Source: Neocallimastix sp. 'constans' (taxonomy: Eukaryota). From it: a DNA stretch of 64,000 bases. Numbering within the stretch: the stretch's first letter is position 1; the number at the start of each line of letters is the position of its first letter. The notes under the pieces were generated by a model, which did not search any database, was not told the origin of the DNA, and saw only the letters and a list, made by a program, of their open reading frames with translations. Shown here piece after piece: positions 16,484-30,734 of the stretch. The position numbers and the translations under genes are program-made. The stretch lies in NCBI GenBank assembly GCA_050613775.1, contig JBODTK010000107.1:186001-250000 (forward strand). Reading direction: 5' to 3'.

Positions 16484-18184
16484 ATAAATTTATGTTTAAA
16501 TTATATGATATTATATTAGAAATTAATAATAATAAAAAAGAAAAAAAAATTCACTATTAAATATTTGTACTTTAAAGTAATTAAGACAATTTATTATTAT
16601 TATTATTTTTTTTTTTTTTTTATTTTTATTTTTATTTTATTTTATTTTTTTTATTACAAAATCATGTTAATTGAAGAGTATTTTTTTTTAAACCATTTTT
16701 ATTTTATTTTATGCTTTTCAGATACAAATAACCCTTTATCCTTTTATATAAATAAACTATATATCATTTAACTCTAAACTAAATATTGAAAAAGAAAAAT
16801 TATGAATAAATAATTACGTAAATAAAAAATTAATAAATTCACTTCTCTCTAAACTATCATATATATGTAAAAATCATATTAACTATTTTTTTTTTTTTTT
16901 TTTTTTTACTTTTAATTCTTAATAGTAAGAATTAAATATTGAATACTTAATATTAAAAGATTAAATATTATACAAATTTTAAATCTTTATTAATATAAAA
17001 AACTTTATTTTGTTAATATATGGCAAACTTATCCTTGCCATATATATTAATAATTACTGATAAACCAAAAATTTACATATAAGCATTTAAAGTTTGTTAA
17101 GCATATGAATTTGACTATTATTAATAATATATCTTATTTAAACTATCAATTATTAATATTTGCTGTTTAATTCATTTATGGTTGCAGCTTTATTGAAAAT
17201 ATATAATTATGATTAATATATTATATATATATTATCAAAATATTTATTATTATTTATTATTATTCTTTTTTCATTAACAACATATTCATAGTAAAAAATA
17301 GCGGCTTACTTCAGTTCTAATTATATGTAAAAGAAATCATGCAAATTTTGTATTTTTTGTATTTTAAAAATAATAATGCAGATTGTTTTTTTTTTTTTAG
17401 TATTAATATTAAATAATTACTTTTAATTAAAAGGTATACTATGATAATATTAACATTATTTTTATATTTTAATTCTTCATTTTATTTTGTCTTATTTATT
17501 TTTTTTATTCATTTTTTATTTTTTATTTTTTAATTTATCCTTGCCGTTCCTTCAAATTATTAGATTGTAATATTTAATATATTAGTAAATAGTAAGAACC
17601 GTAAAAAAAGTTTAATACGGCATATTTAGAACTAAATCAAAACATTAATTTTGATTATTTTAAAATGTATTTGTAATATTTAACATTATAATAAATACTC
17701 TAAAAAAAAAAAGGGTTTATTATTCATTAACATTATACATTTTTATTAAAAGGATAGAAAAAAAAATATACGAATTAATTATTGAAATGATTACACATAC
17801 TTGTAAGAATGAAAACCAAAATAAATAAATGGTTTCTTATTTTTTTTTTTAAATAAAAAAAAAAGATTTTAAATATTTCATATAAATGTATGTAGTATAT
17901 TCTTAATAATATAAATATAAAAAATAGTAAAATAATACATTTTTTTATTGAGTGAATGAAATAAAAATTCTTAAAGTTTATGACTGATAATGATAATGAC
18001 TTCATTCGAGAATATTAATAATATTAATTCAAACTGTAAAAAGAATTTGAATGTATCTTATTCTGTTATTTTAGTGTATATTATTAATTAATTATCATTT
18101 TATCAATATAGTAATTTTTATTTATTATTTATTATTCAATTATTTATTATTTATTATTTATTATATATTAATTATTATTAATTA

Positions 18185-18302
18185 TTAATTATTTATTATT
18201 TATTATTTATTATTTATTATTTATTATTTATTATTTATTATTTATTATTTATTATTTATTATTTATTATTTATTATTTATTATTTATTATTTATTATTTA
18301 TT
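18185..18302. repeat. 7-bp tandem repeat (TTATTAT)n
   Basis: Regular tatttat/ttattat periodicity. Confidence 0.85.
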
Positions 18303-18886
18303 ATATATTATTAATAATATTCGTTTTACTTAAAAATTATTGGTATATACTTTATTATCTATCTTTTTTTTTTTTTATTTTTTATTTTTATTCATTTTTT
18401 TCCTTTTTTATAAAATTATATTAAATAAAATAAATAAAAATTTCTAAATAATATATTAAATAATATTATAAAAAAAATTTAAAAATATATTTATTATATA
18501 AATAATTAAATATAAATTGTAATCAATCTATTTTATTATTTATATATATATTATAAATTCTATCATATCAATTATATTGAATATTTATATAAATTGACAA
18601 AAATCATAATATATTAAAATTAATAACATTACTCATTAATAAGCCATTATTAATTTAATTTGAACTTTTTGAAGTTTTTTGAAGAGTATAATTATATATA
18701 TAATGTAATAAATATAGATTATATATAGTATTAAATTGATAATATTTGTAAAATAAATTAATTGTTAAAGTTTAAAATAGTTTATTGAAATTTTGGGATA
18801 TGTATATTAATATTTATTATTATTATTTTTTTTTACTTAACTTTATTATTAATAGATGACTCGGTGATAGAATAAAAATAAATAAA

Positions 18887-18919
<33 letters not shown>

Positions 18920-19301
18920 AAATATATATTGCATATATTTAAATAAATGCATAATTATATTAAAATTTATATAATAAAATATAATAAATAGTATACATGT
19001 ATGATATTCAATATAGTACTTCCTTTGCTTTAATAATTAAAAATAAGTAGAGTTTAGTAAATCCATTTTTGAAACAATCATTAAAATATTACTATTATTA
19101 CTACTAAAATGGAAACTGTATTTGATTTTAATGAAATTTTTAAATAGTAATAAAATGAATGAGGTATCATCATACGAAGGAATGATTATTTCATTCATGT
19201 CTTTATATTTGGTACTTACGCCTTCTACTTATTCTGTAGCCACGACTCTTGTCAACTATGCCATTCAGTATGCTTCATACCTTTAGCTACGTTATACTAT
19301 T

Positions 19302-19332
<31 letters not shown>

Positions 19333-19780
19333 GTAATATAAAAGTAATTAAAAATGAAACTTAATTTGGGTAAAAAAAAAAAAATTAATTATTTCAATTT
19401 AATATTTGAACATATATATATATATAATTAATGAGAAACAAAATTTTTAATCATAATAATAATAAATTATAATAAAATAAAAATAAGGAAGTTTTAGTAA
19501 TGAGAATATTATGAAATGACTCTAATATTTTTGGAATTTGGAATTTTACTTAAATATTAAATAGCATTAAAAATTATATATTAATAGTTTTATTTATTTT
19601 ATTTTATTTTATTTTTAAAAGAAATTGACTCATTATATATATATAACATTTTCATTCATTTAACTAAAAGATTACTATATAAATAATAAAAGTAAATAAT
19701 ATTAAATTATTAGTATAAAGGTCATTCTATTAACTATTAACTGTTCTATACGATGGACTTCATTCCAGTGATCTCTTGAA

Positions 19781-20040
19781 CCATCATCGATGATGGAACA
19801 ATTACACTAATCCTCTCACTTAATCTGTGAGAGGATTAGTGTAATTGTTCCATTATATAATTATATAGTCTAGCAACAGGAATATTTATATTGGAGAACC
19901 AACACCAACATCATATATAGGGAAGATCATTCTGGAAGGATGAAAATTGCCCATAAAAGAAGGTAGTGGTGGGGAAGATCCAGAAACCTAATATATGTTA
20001 GTCTAAAGTACTAACCACCTAGGTTAAAAATTGGAGTAAT
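19781..20040 (+). repeat. Dispersed repeat copy, homologous to 39636-39910 in inverted orientation, carrying a perfect 27-bp hairpin
   Basis: Matches the reverse complement of 39.65-39.9 kb: taattatata(g/a)tctagcaacag, tataggg, gatcca(g/a)aaa, tatgttagt, aaccac. Hairpin arms are 19793-19819 and 19827-19853. Confidence 0.75.
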
Positions 20041-23000
20041 ACAAAATATTGTTATATTATTAATAACTACATCAATATAAAACTATTAATACATTAATCC
20101 ATATCACTGAAATCTAAAACATTTAAATGGATTTTGATTAAATATATGCAATAATTTAATTATAATAATTGTATGCTTAGAAAAAAAAAAAAAAAAAAAA
20201 AAAAAAACTTTAAATTTATTATTAAAAAAAAAAAAAGAAAAACAATATATTTATAAATTTAAAAAAAAAAGTTGAAATAGATTTTTCTTGAACCAATAAT
20301 ATTGTTCAATAATAAATAAAAGGAATATATTAACTATAAAATGTATACATTATCATAATATTAATTTATATTTTTTTATTATTTAAAGTTTTATTTTAAT
20401 TTTCTATTTCTTTTAGTATTATTACACAACCAAATCTTATTAAATAATAAAAATAAAATAAAATTAAAATAGTAATTATTAAGATTTATTAATATTAAAT
20501 AAAATAAATTTAAATAAATATTATTATTAATTATTTAAATTACAATTTCACAGATTTTACGGCTAATACTATAGAAACTTTTAATAAAAATAACATAATA
20601 ATTTGCTTTTTTTTTTTTTTTTTTTTTTTTGTTGTTGTTGAATTGTTAATTTTTGTTTGAAGCTCAATGACTTTTATGTAATATTTTTTTATAATATATA
20701 TTATATGTTATTAATATTTGGCTAAAATACTTTATTTTCCAAGAGTATGACGCTTGATTTTCCATTTAATTTTTTTAATCAAAAAATAATATGTTAGTTA
20801 AATTACTCAATTGACAATATTAATATAAAACTTTTTCAAGTTTTCATTGAATATAAAATTTATATATTTTTATATTTATTTAATTATTTAATAATATATT
20901 AATTTATACTTTTTAGTTATATATTTCTATTAGATTTTAATATAATGAATTGCAATACTTTAATATATTATTACTATTATGGTTATTAATATTATTTTTT
21001 TATATTATTATATCTTTTTTTTTCTTTTTTTTCTCAAAGAAAAATATATATAATTTTTTCTTATACATTTGTCTTATTCATTAATTAATTTATAATAATA
21101 TAATATAATATATAAAGCAATAATTTTTAATAAACTAATTTCTAAGAATATAGTAAACAGTTAATCAGGAATATAAATTATTAAATAATATAATACTATT
21201 TATGTATATATTATTAATATTATACATTCAAAAATTTTAATTAAAAGTTTTTTTTTTTTTTTTTGAATTAAAAATTATATATATTTGAATTTCATATTTA
21301 TATTAAATGTAATTATAAATATATATACTAATATATTATTTAATTAAAAGAAACATATTGTATAATATAGAATAATAATTTTGTATATAAAGAATAAAAT
21401 ATCTCAGATTTACTTTTTCTTTTCTTTTTTTTTTTTCCTTTTTTTTTTTTCAATTTTTTTTATAAATTTTTTTTACATTTATTTTTTATTTAAAAATTTC
21501 ATATAGTATTGAGTTTTTTTTTTTATAATTATTTTAGTAATTATTTTGCTTTTATTTAATAATTATTATATAATTATATCTTTTTTTTTCTTTTTTTTTT
21601 TTATGAATGATATTGATATAATTTTTGATATTCAAAAAATAATTAAAAAAGAAAATTGTGAAGTACATACACACACACAAAAAAAAAAAAAAAAATAAAA
21701 AAAAAGAGAAAGAAAAAGTCATCAAAAAAAAATAAATTATTAAAAGAAAGAATTAAATAAAATGAATAAATTTTTTAAGGATAATATTAAAAAAAAAATA
21801 TTATTTAAATATTAAATATAAAATATTTTAAAAAAAAAGAAAATTTTATAGTTATTATTTTATTTTACGAAGAATTAAAGAAAACAAAAATAAAAAGAGT
21901 ATAAAATCGATAAAATATAAATAAAAATAAAATCAATTAAATAGGAAACAGAAACAAAATAAAACAATAAAAGAAGAAATTAATAAAGATTTTAAAGAGA
22001 TTAAATAATAATTAATAAAATAGTGTAATATTAGATATAATAAACAATATAATAATAATAATAAGGCGAATGAAATTTAAAAAGAGCAAAAATTAATAAA
22101 AATTATTATACTTATTCAATAAATAATATAAAATTAAAAATATATATACAAATAGATTTTGTTTGTATAAATATAAAGATAATCTTAAAAATAAAAATAG
22201 ATTTAAATAGTTAAAGTATAATAGTAATAGTAGTATTTATTTTAAATAATAAAAAAATAACAATATAATCATAATTTTGAAGCTTTATTTTATATAAGGC
22301 ATTTTCATTGAAAAATAATTGTTTATTAGAAGTAATATTTAAAATCTATTATTTCCTTAATTAGTTTATTTTTTTTATAAATTTTTTTTGATAATTTATT
22401 TTTATATATGCTTTTTTAAATAGAAAATTTTAATATATAAAAAAATAAACAATAACCCTTTGATTATTAGGGAATAAATAAAAAATAAATTAATAAAATA
22501 AAGCAAAATAATAATATAATAAAATATAAAAATTTAAAAAAAATAATATAATAAAAATATAAAATAATATAAAAATAAGAAATAATAAAATATTCAAAAC
22601 AAATTAAAAAAAAAGTTATTTGTATAAAATAAAAAAGAGAATATATATATTAATAAATATATTTATATGAAGAAAGTATTAATATCATATAAATATATTT
22701 TAAATAAAAAATTCAAACTTTTGTATATATTTCCTTTATTTATTTAAAAATAATAAGTTTAGTAAAAGAAAAGAAATATATATATAAAATTTAAATATAT
22801 ATATAAATATAAATAAATATTATTTATAAGAAATATAAAATAAAAATATAATTACATTTGATTAAAATAATATTTTGACAGTTGACGACAAATAAGTATT
22901 TATTATCATAAACTTAACCCATATATTTAAAGATTTTGATTAATTGTTGAAAAAGAACAAAAAAAGTGTCAGGAATATTTTTTTATACCATCAATTATTA

Positions 23001-23230
23001 GTTTACATAAATAATACCATAACTATTTAACTATACATTAATTAAATAAAACTATATCAGTTTATTTAGCATTAGAGTATTGAATTTAGGAACTATAAAT
23101 AATTAAAATATCTTAAAATAAATTTTTGTATTTTAATTAAGCATTAAAAACAAGTTAGGTTTGAGAAGAAATAATAAAATATTTATTTAAAGATTTTTTA
23201 ATAAGCTAAAAATAAGATAATTTATAATTT

Positions 23231-26200
23231 ATGTCTGGAGTAACATTTTATAATAATAATAATAATAATTTCAATATGGAAAAGTCTAAAGTAAATAAAA
23301 AGCTATATTATATGGAAGAACCTATATCGCTGAGTGAAAATTTTGTATGTCTAAATCTTTCAAATGAAGATTTTTCAAATTTATCTCATAAAGAAAAAGC
23401 TTTAAACCTTTATTATACCCAAAACAAATCAACATCTAATATTTATAATTCTAATACTTCAGTAAATAAAAATAAAATAAAAAAAAATGATATAAGGTCT
23501 CAAAGTGAATCCTATCCTTATACACATGGGTCTAAATCATCAAATATATCATCTAATATAGACTTACAACAAAAAAATATATTGATAGATTTAGTTAAAA
23601 GTGTAAAATTATATAATGATGATATATGTTTAATGATTAAAGATTTATTTAAAACCAATTCGGAAGGTAATAAAACTGAATTAAATTATTATGATGTAGA
23701 AGACTTCTTCAAATATTCTTTAGTTGTAGGACAACAAGAATGTTCTGTAAGTGAAAAGTTAATTAATACAATTCGCCATTTTTCAAAATGTTTGGTTGAG
23801 CAAACCCAAGAAATTAAAAGATTACAAAAGCAAAATACAGAAAATTCTCTTAATAAATATTTTAATAGTTTAAATAAATTAATTGAAAATTTCAAAGAAA
23901 ATAATAAAGAGTTAATTGAATCACGTTTTCAGGTGGATGATTTTAATCGGGAATGCTTAGCTCATCTTGAAGAAATGAAAGAACATATAGATAATAGTGA
24001 AGTATATTATCAAAATCTAATTAAAGATTTATTAAATGAAATACGTCAAAGAGATGAACTTTTGGATTGCTATCAAAAGCGTGAAAATAATTTATTTAAT
24101 TCATATTATCCAAAGTTAATCAGAAAAATTGAAAGTAATAGTTTATCAAAATATCAAAGAAAGGAAGTTGTCATTAATGAGATGACTCAACAACTTGAAG
24201 AGCTCGAAAAAGCTTTTCAAGATAAATTAATTATGAAAAATAATCTTATTGAAGAAATTAATATGCAAAAATCTTTAATGGAAGCTTCTTATCTTGAAAA
24301 GTTAAAGGCAAAAGATGAAATTATATCAAATATAAATGAACAGTACAAGGAAAAAGAACGTGAACTTCAAAATGAAATTGCGCAGTACAAGAAACGTTCT
24401 GCTGTCCAAGTTAAATTAGCAGAACAAATAAGAACACAAATACAGAACCAACAAATAGAATATTGTAAAAAGATGGATGAAATGCAACAAAATTTAGATA
24501 GTCGTGGAAAAATTATAGCATATGTTAAAAATAAATTAAGTATTAGAGAAAATGAATTAAAAATAGCAAATATTAAGTATACTACAACTGAAAGACAAAT
24601 GAATATTGAAAAGGATCAATATAAACGTGAAATAGCTAACTTAAAGGAAGAATTGGAAAAAACAAATGAAGATATTGATGATTTAGAAAATGAACTTGAT
24701 ACCCAGGAAGAAGAACATAAAGAGGAACTGGAGCGTTTAGAAAAGGAACATGATTTCCAAATAAATAAACTTTGGAACATTATTGATCAACGTGAAAATG
24801 CAATAAGTGAAATGGAAGTTCAAATAGAAGAATTAAAGGAAAAGAATAGTAATTTGGAACAATCTTTATTAAAGTTTGAAAATATTGAAAAAGAAAAGGA
24901 AAAGGAAAAATCTGAAGAAATTATTGGTGAAGATGTTGCAGAAGAAATAATAGTGGATGATATGAATGAAAAGAGTAATATTACTGTTACTGGAGATACT
25001 TCAGAAGAAATCATTATATTAAATAAAGAATATTCCGAGAACAGTAGAATTAATGATCAAGAAAGGGCTGAATATTATAGTCCTAATATACTATCACCTG
25101 AGTTTACAAGTGATGAATGTGAAGTAGATTTGACTGAAGATGATAAGACTGGTTTGACCTCTACAGAAGAAAGATGTGATGATGAAGAAACAAATAGTTT
25201 AACTCTAACTGAAGATATGTCTGGAGATAGTGAAATTGACGAAAGAAGAGAATTTATTGAAGAAGAAGACGAAGAAGAAGATAATAATATAGAAAACGAG
25301 GGAAAAATCGTTCATAAAGAAAATGAGGAATTAAAACTTCAATATGAAGTTATTAATCAAGAAAATATTAATTTAAGATCTGAACTTGATCAAGAAAGAG
25401 ATAAACTAAAGCAAGAAAGTGAAAAATATAATCTACAACAACAACAATACGAAGAAATTAAAATGAAGTACACACAAGTTTGTGGAGAGAAAGAAGGTCT
25501 TGAGTTGAAGTGTAAAGAATTCGAAAATGAAATTGTTGAAAGAGTTAAAGAACAAAAGATTCAAAAAGAATTAAATGATTCGCTTGAGCAAAGAATCGGT
25601 AATATCCAAAAGGAGAAGGATGATTTGGATAGTCGAGTTAAACAATTGGAAATCACTATAGAGAATACTATTTCTTTAGAACAATATGATACTCTTAAGA
25701 AGGAATTGAATGTAGCTTTAGAAAATGTTAATGAACAACGTAGAAAAAAGAATTATTTGAAACAGAAGTTGGCTAACCAACATAATAAGAATAAGATTTT
25801 AGTAGAATTAATTAAGAAGGAAAGAACTAAAAATAAAGAAGAGATTCGAAAATTGAAACAGTCTTGTGTAAACCAAAATGGGAAAATAAAGGCAATTTTG
25901 AAACAAGTTAAAGATGGTTTAGTCACTGCTGAACATATAGATTTAGATCGAATTGTAAAGCGAATGAAAAGTGAACGTGTAATTATGACAAATGAATATG
26001 AACGTCTTAAAAAAGTAGCATCTGCAATTTCAATTAAATCAAATTCGAATTTAAGAAAGCAATCATTTATTTTAAGAAATGAAAACCTTTCTGAACTTAA
26101 AAAGGATTTAAGTCGTGAAGGAAATGTGGAAATTACAGTTCAAAATCCAAATTCTTCTAAAAGTATAAGTAATGAAAGCAAAATTCTTATTAAAGTAGCA

Positions 26201-26839
26201 CCAAATTTCGAATCTTTACAAGAAGAAAGTATCATTAGTAAACAAGCTAATGATTCCTTAAATTCAATTGAATCAGTGGATGAAAATCAAGAATTAGAAG
26301 TATTTAGTTTAAAGAAAGCATTAAGTCAACAAAATTGTGATATAAATTATTCTGATGAAGATGATGATCAAAATTCATTTATTGATTTTACCATTCCATC
26401 TTCATATGATAATAGTGAAAGAAGGAATGATGAAATTAATGAATCAAGTATTAATGGTAAAGAGGATATATCATTAATTTTTGGAGAAAATGCAAATGGA
26501 ATGACACCAAGACAAGTTAATTTATATAATAGAATTCTCCAAATTCCAGGAGTATTACCTTTCAATATCAGTGATATTAAAAATTTTGAATATGATGATA
26601 CCAATTTTAGTATTAGTAGTGATAGCTCAATGTATAAAGAAGGAGAAAATTATTTAGAAAAGAAAGATATAGGGTTGGATATAAAGCCAATCAATAGAGT
26701 TAGATATAAATCATGTCCAAAAAGTTATAATAAAAATGGTAATAATCATAATACTCTGAGAAGAATGCCAAATTTTGATCAAATTGCAAAATTAACAAAA
26801 ATAAAAATAAAACGCTCTGCGGAAGAAATCGTATCTTAA
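23231..26839 (+). CDS. Intronless 1202-aa long coiled-coil protein with an acidic central linker; function unknown
   Basis: Uninterrupted 3.6-kb ORF in DNA where chance ORFs are short. E/K/Q/L-rich heptad-like segments at ~aa 180-560 and 700-930, separated by a D/E/S-rich region. No catalytic motif recognised. Confidence 0.85.
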   Translation: MSGVTFYNNNNNNFNMEKSKVNKKLYYMEEPISLSENFVCLNLSNEDFSNLSHKEKALNLYYTQNKSTSNIYNSNTSVNKNKIKKNDIRSQSESYPYTHGSKSSNISSNIDLQQKNILIDLVKSVKLYNDDICLMIKDLFKTNSEGNKTELNYYDVEDFFKYSLVVGQQECSVSEKLINTIRHFSKCLVEQTQEIKRLQKQNTENSLNKYFNSLNKLIENFKENNKELIESRFQVDDFNRECLAHLEEMKEHIDNSEVYYQNLIKDLLNEIRQRDELLDCYQKRENNLFNSYYPKLIRKIESNSLSKYQRKEVVINEMTQQLEELEKAFQDKLIMKNNLIEEINMQKSLMEASYLEKLKAKDEIISNINEQYKEKERELQNEIAQYKKRSAVQVKLAEQIRTQIQNQQIEYCKKMDEMQQNLDSRGKIIAYVKNKLSIRENELKIANIKYTTTERQMNIEKDQYKREIANLKEELEKTNEDIDDLENELDTQEEEHKEELERLEKEHDFQINKLWNIIDQRENAISEMEVQIEELKEKNSNLEQSLLKFENIEKEKEKEKSEEIIGEDVAEEIIVDDMNEKSNITVTGDTSEEIIILNKEYSENSRINDQERAEYYSPNILSPEFTSDECEVDLTEDDKTGLTSTEERCDDEETNSLTLTEDMSGDSEIDERREFIEEEDEEEDNNIENEGKIVHKENEELKLQYEVINQENINLRSELDQERDKLKQESEKYNLQQQQYEEIKMKYTQVCGEKEGLELKCKEFENEIVERVKEQKIQKELNDSLEQRIGNIQKEKDDLDSRVKQLEITIENTISLEQYDTLKKELNVALENVNEQRRKKNYLKQKLANQHNKNKILVELIKKERTKNKEEIRKLKQSCVNQNGKIKAILKQVKDGLVTAEHIDLDRIVKRMKSERVIMTNEYERLKKVASAISIKSNSNLRKQSFILRNENLSELKKDLSREGNVEITVQNPNSSKSISNESKILIKVAPNFESLQEESIISKQANDSLNSIESVDENQELEVFSLKKALSQQNCDINYSDEDDDQNSFIDFTIPSSYDNSERRNDEINESSINGKEDISLIFGENANGMTPRQVNLYNRILQIPGVLPFNISDIKNFEYDDTNFSISSDSSMYKEGENYLEKKDIGLDIKPINRVRYKSCPKSYNKNGNNHNTLRRMPNFDQIAKLTKIKIKRSAEEIVS

Positions 26840-27467
26840 TTGTAGTAAATATAAATATAAACAAATTAAACCTTATTCACCTAATAAAATTATTATTATT
26901 TTTATTATATAAAAGAGATTTATAATGATATACTTCATTTATATTTTTTTTATTAATTATTTATTTATTTTGTTTTACTTACAAAGTTAGTTATTTCAAA
27001 TTTTAAGAATATTTAATATAACAAGGATTATGTGCCATAAGAATTGAAGACAGATTTTGTGTTGATTGATAAAACATTTTAGGATAAAAAAAATTTTTTA
27101 TCCTAAATTGTTTTATTTATCCATTCTTATTGTTTATAGTCTTTAAAATAATCTAATATTTTACATTGAAATTGGGCAACTATTAAATAAATAAATAAAT
27201 AAATAAAAGGTATATTATGAAACCAAATAATAATAATAATAATAATAAATTGTATTCAGACACTTTAAAATTATCCAATTAAAACAAAATTGAAAAGTTT
27301 ATGGGTTATCTCATTTCAAAATTCATTAATTTTAAATATATGAATAAAAAAAAAAACAAGAAAATAAAAAACTTTTAAAAAAAAAGCTAAACCAAAAAAC
27401 TAAACCAAAAAAAAAAACAAAAAAGCCAAAAAAAATTAAAAAAAATCAAAAAAAAAAATCAAAAAAT

Positions 27468-27507
<40 letters not shown>

Positions 27508-29296
27508 ATATATAAAATTTAAAAATTTAAAACAAAATTTAAAATTCAATGAAGGATAAAAATATTATTTTTCTTTTTTTTTTTTTTTATTATATTCTTA
27601 TTTCTTTTTATTTTTCGCTTTTGGATTAATCTTTAAATTTCTTTTTTCCAATTTAATAGAAAAATAAAATAAAGTAAAAAAAGAAATAAAAAAGAAATGA
27701 ATCAAAAGCCAAAAATTTTAAGAAACGAGGAGGAAGAAGAATAATGATTTATCTTATTAGTATATATTTTATTTCTATATAATAAAAAGTAATAAGCAAT
27801 AATTAAAACTTGTCAATTATAAATTTTTATATTAAAACAATACTATGTGAAAAATTTAAATAAATTGAAATATATAAGCAATAATCACACACATTAAACA
27901 CTATAGTACACAGAATAATATAATTTTAAACAATATAATTAGAATTCAAAAGCCGAAAAATTTTTTTATAAATTTATAACACTGAGAAGCAAAAAAAAAA
28001 AAATTGAAACAACAGAACTTATTTAAAAAAATTATATTAAATTTATAATAAACAATATAAATAAATGATACTTAAAGTAATTATAATTGTTTAATATTAT
28101 AGGAGAAAGACAATTTAATTTTTTTTATTTATTATGAGATATTTCGAAAGAAATTATTTTTTTTATTTTTAGAATTTAAACTTTTAATTAATTTTCAACA
28201 ACATTCAAAAATATAACAAATGAAATTATATTATTTATAAAATCAATTCTAGTCAAATATATTTCTATTTCTCATTATGCTTGCAATACAAAAAAAAAAA
28301 AAAAAAAAAAAAAAACGAACAAATCATAGTTTATCATGAAATAATACTACCACACGCAAAAATAATAATAATCGCATAAAAATATATATTGTTTTAAAAT
28401 TTTTTACTAATATTTAATAAGAAAAAGAAATATAGTTTAAAAATATAATCAAATACTATCGTTTTTTTTTTTTTTATTTATTTCAAAATAATTTTTACTA
28501 TACATTTTTTTAGATAAACTTCGTGTAATAAAAAATATATTTAATTACATTAATTACTAAAAAAGGAAAAAATTTTAAAAACATGAAACTCTAAACACAA
28601 TAGCACACGCATTTATCATAATAAGTCATAACGTAATGTATATATTTTTTAATTAAAAATGGTAATTATAGAATTTAAATTCAATCGTGTAAAATATTCA
28701 AAAACAAAACAAAACAAAACAAAAAAAAAAAAACAAAAAAAAAAAAACAAAAAAAAAAAAAAAAAAGAAAAAACATATATATATAGAAAAAGTAATTAAA
28801 GTATATATATAAAAGATGTAAACTGTTTATTTTTATATTTTAATTATTAAAATGTATTTTTTTTTTATTTTAATGTATTAAAAAAAAAAAAAAAATTGTT
28901 ATGAATATAATACATTTCTATAATTACTTAAATAAGCATAATTAGAAAACTTTACAGAACGAAATGAAAATGATGATTTCTTATTAATTATGAATAGAAT
29001 AATTAATAAGAGATTTTTATTATTTGAAACTTTGTAGATTAAATCATTTAATATATTTTATTTTATATAATAGTTTAATATCATAATTAATAATATAAAT
29101 AGTATAAATATAAAAAATCCATAATTATTATTTACTTATATTTTTCTTAAATAAAGTTAATAACATAGTATTAAAAAAAAGAAAGAGTTTTTTTTTAATG
29201 ATTTTTTATATTCTTTATAAAATTAATTATTTAATTATTAATTTATAATAATAGTTAAAATTTTTTAATTTAACTTATGTTTATTTATTATTTATC

Positions 29297-29346
<50 letters not shown>

Positions 29347-29423
29347 TTTAATTTTTTATTATTTATTTTAATACTTATTTTCTATTATGATCATTATTTT
29401 ACATTATGTATTAAGTAAATTTG

Positions 29424-29467
<44 letters not shown>

Positions 29468-29783
29468 AGAAAAATTAATATGATAGTAAAGGAACAAATA
29501 TATCCATATATTATATATATATATAAAAGAATTGATTAGTAAATATTAATTTAAAACTTTATGTAAATAATTATAAATATAAAATTTAAATATAAAATAT
29601 ATATAGAGATTAAAGAGTAATTTTTCAGAAAAAAAAAAAAGTTATATCTGGATTTAAACTAAAAATCATGATAAAATATTTTAGGTTATTAGATATTTTT
29701 TTTATATTTAAAATTATTAACCATTATGAATTTAATATAATTCAAAATATATAATATAAATTAATAAAATTTTAATTCTAGAA

Positions 29784-29821
<38 letters not shown>

Positions 29822-30388
29822 AAGAATAAAGAATAAAGAATAAAATGAAATTAAATTAAGATTAAATAATAATAAAAAAATAAAAAAAAAAAAAAAAAGA
29901 AAAACATAATAATAAGAAAAACAATATATATATATATATAAAAATGTAATAATATTATTAATAAAATAAATTATAATTAAACAATTTTAATATATGTGGG
30001 TGTAATAAATTAATATATATATATATATATATATTTTTTTTTTTTATTAAATTCCCTATAAATGAAATAAATATTTAAAGGAAAAGAAATAATAATGAAA
30101 TTATTATAATAGATGATAAAATGATATTTATAATTTTAAATAAATAAAAACCGAAAGAAGAATCTTTTGAATCTTTTGTATTAATAGCAATAGTATAAGT
30201 ATGGTCCAAATTTGAGTGTATATGAATTATTCAAGAAATAGAAATCATACTTTTTTTTTTTTTTTTTTTTTTTTTAGAAGTTACTTCTTAACATTGAAAA
30301 TGTAATCTAATGTTGAGTATGGTTGTATAAGTTGTGGTTAAAAGGATTAATTTCATAGTAATATTTTAATTATTATTATTATTATTAT

Positions 30389-30434
<46 letters not shown>

Positions 30435-30520
30435 TTTTTTATTATGAATATTCATTAAAGGTATTTAAAAGTTGATGAATACATTTGACTTTATTATTAT
30501 CAATGCTAAAAAAAACATTT

Positions 30521-30698
30521 ATAGTTTAAGTAATCGCTTTTTTCAATATCTGTTATAGCGCCAATGATGAACACTCTGTAAGGCCATCCAACAGGGACAA
30601 TATCCTTCTATGCGAAAAAACATACCAAAGTGTGGTGACTACTACCTTAATATTATTCCCATAACTTGAGGAAGGCTAAAGGGTGGTACATACCAGAA

Positions 30699-30733
<35 letters not shown>
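30521..30733 (+). mobile_element. Poly(A)-tailed retroposon-like insert (SINE or truncated LINE 3' end)
   Basis: GC-enriched ~180-bp island followed by ~32 A. Candidate TSD aaaaaaaacattt at 30508-30520 and 30726-30738. Confidence 0.55.

Positions 30734-30734
<1 letters not shown>

Noticed and set aside
23689..26604. Antisense or alternate-frame ORFs inside real genes (23689, 24820, 26368; also 46984, 47170, 47782, 50901, 52434, 53091)
   Set aside because: Shadows of the genuine coding frame.
30554..30700. ATGATGA as a possible C/D-box snoRNA box C
   Set aside because: No downstream CTGA box D or terminal stem; the poly(A) tail and candidate TSD favour a retroposon.
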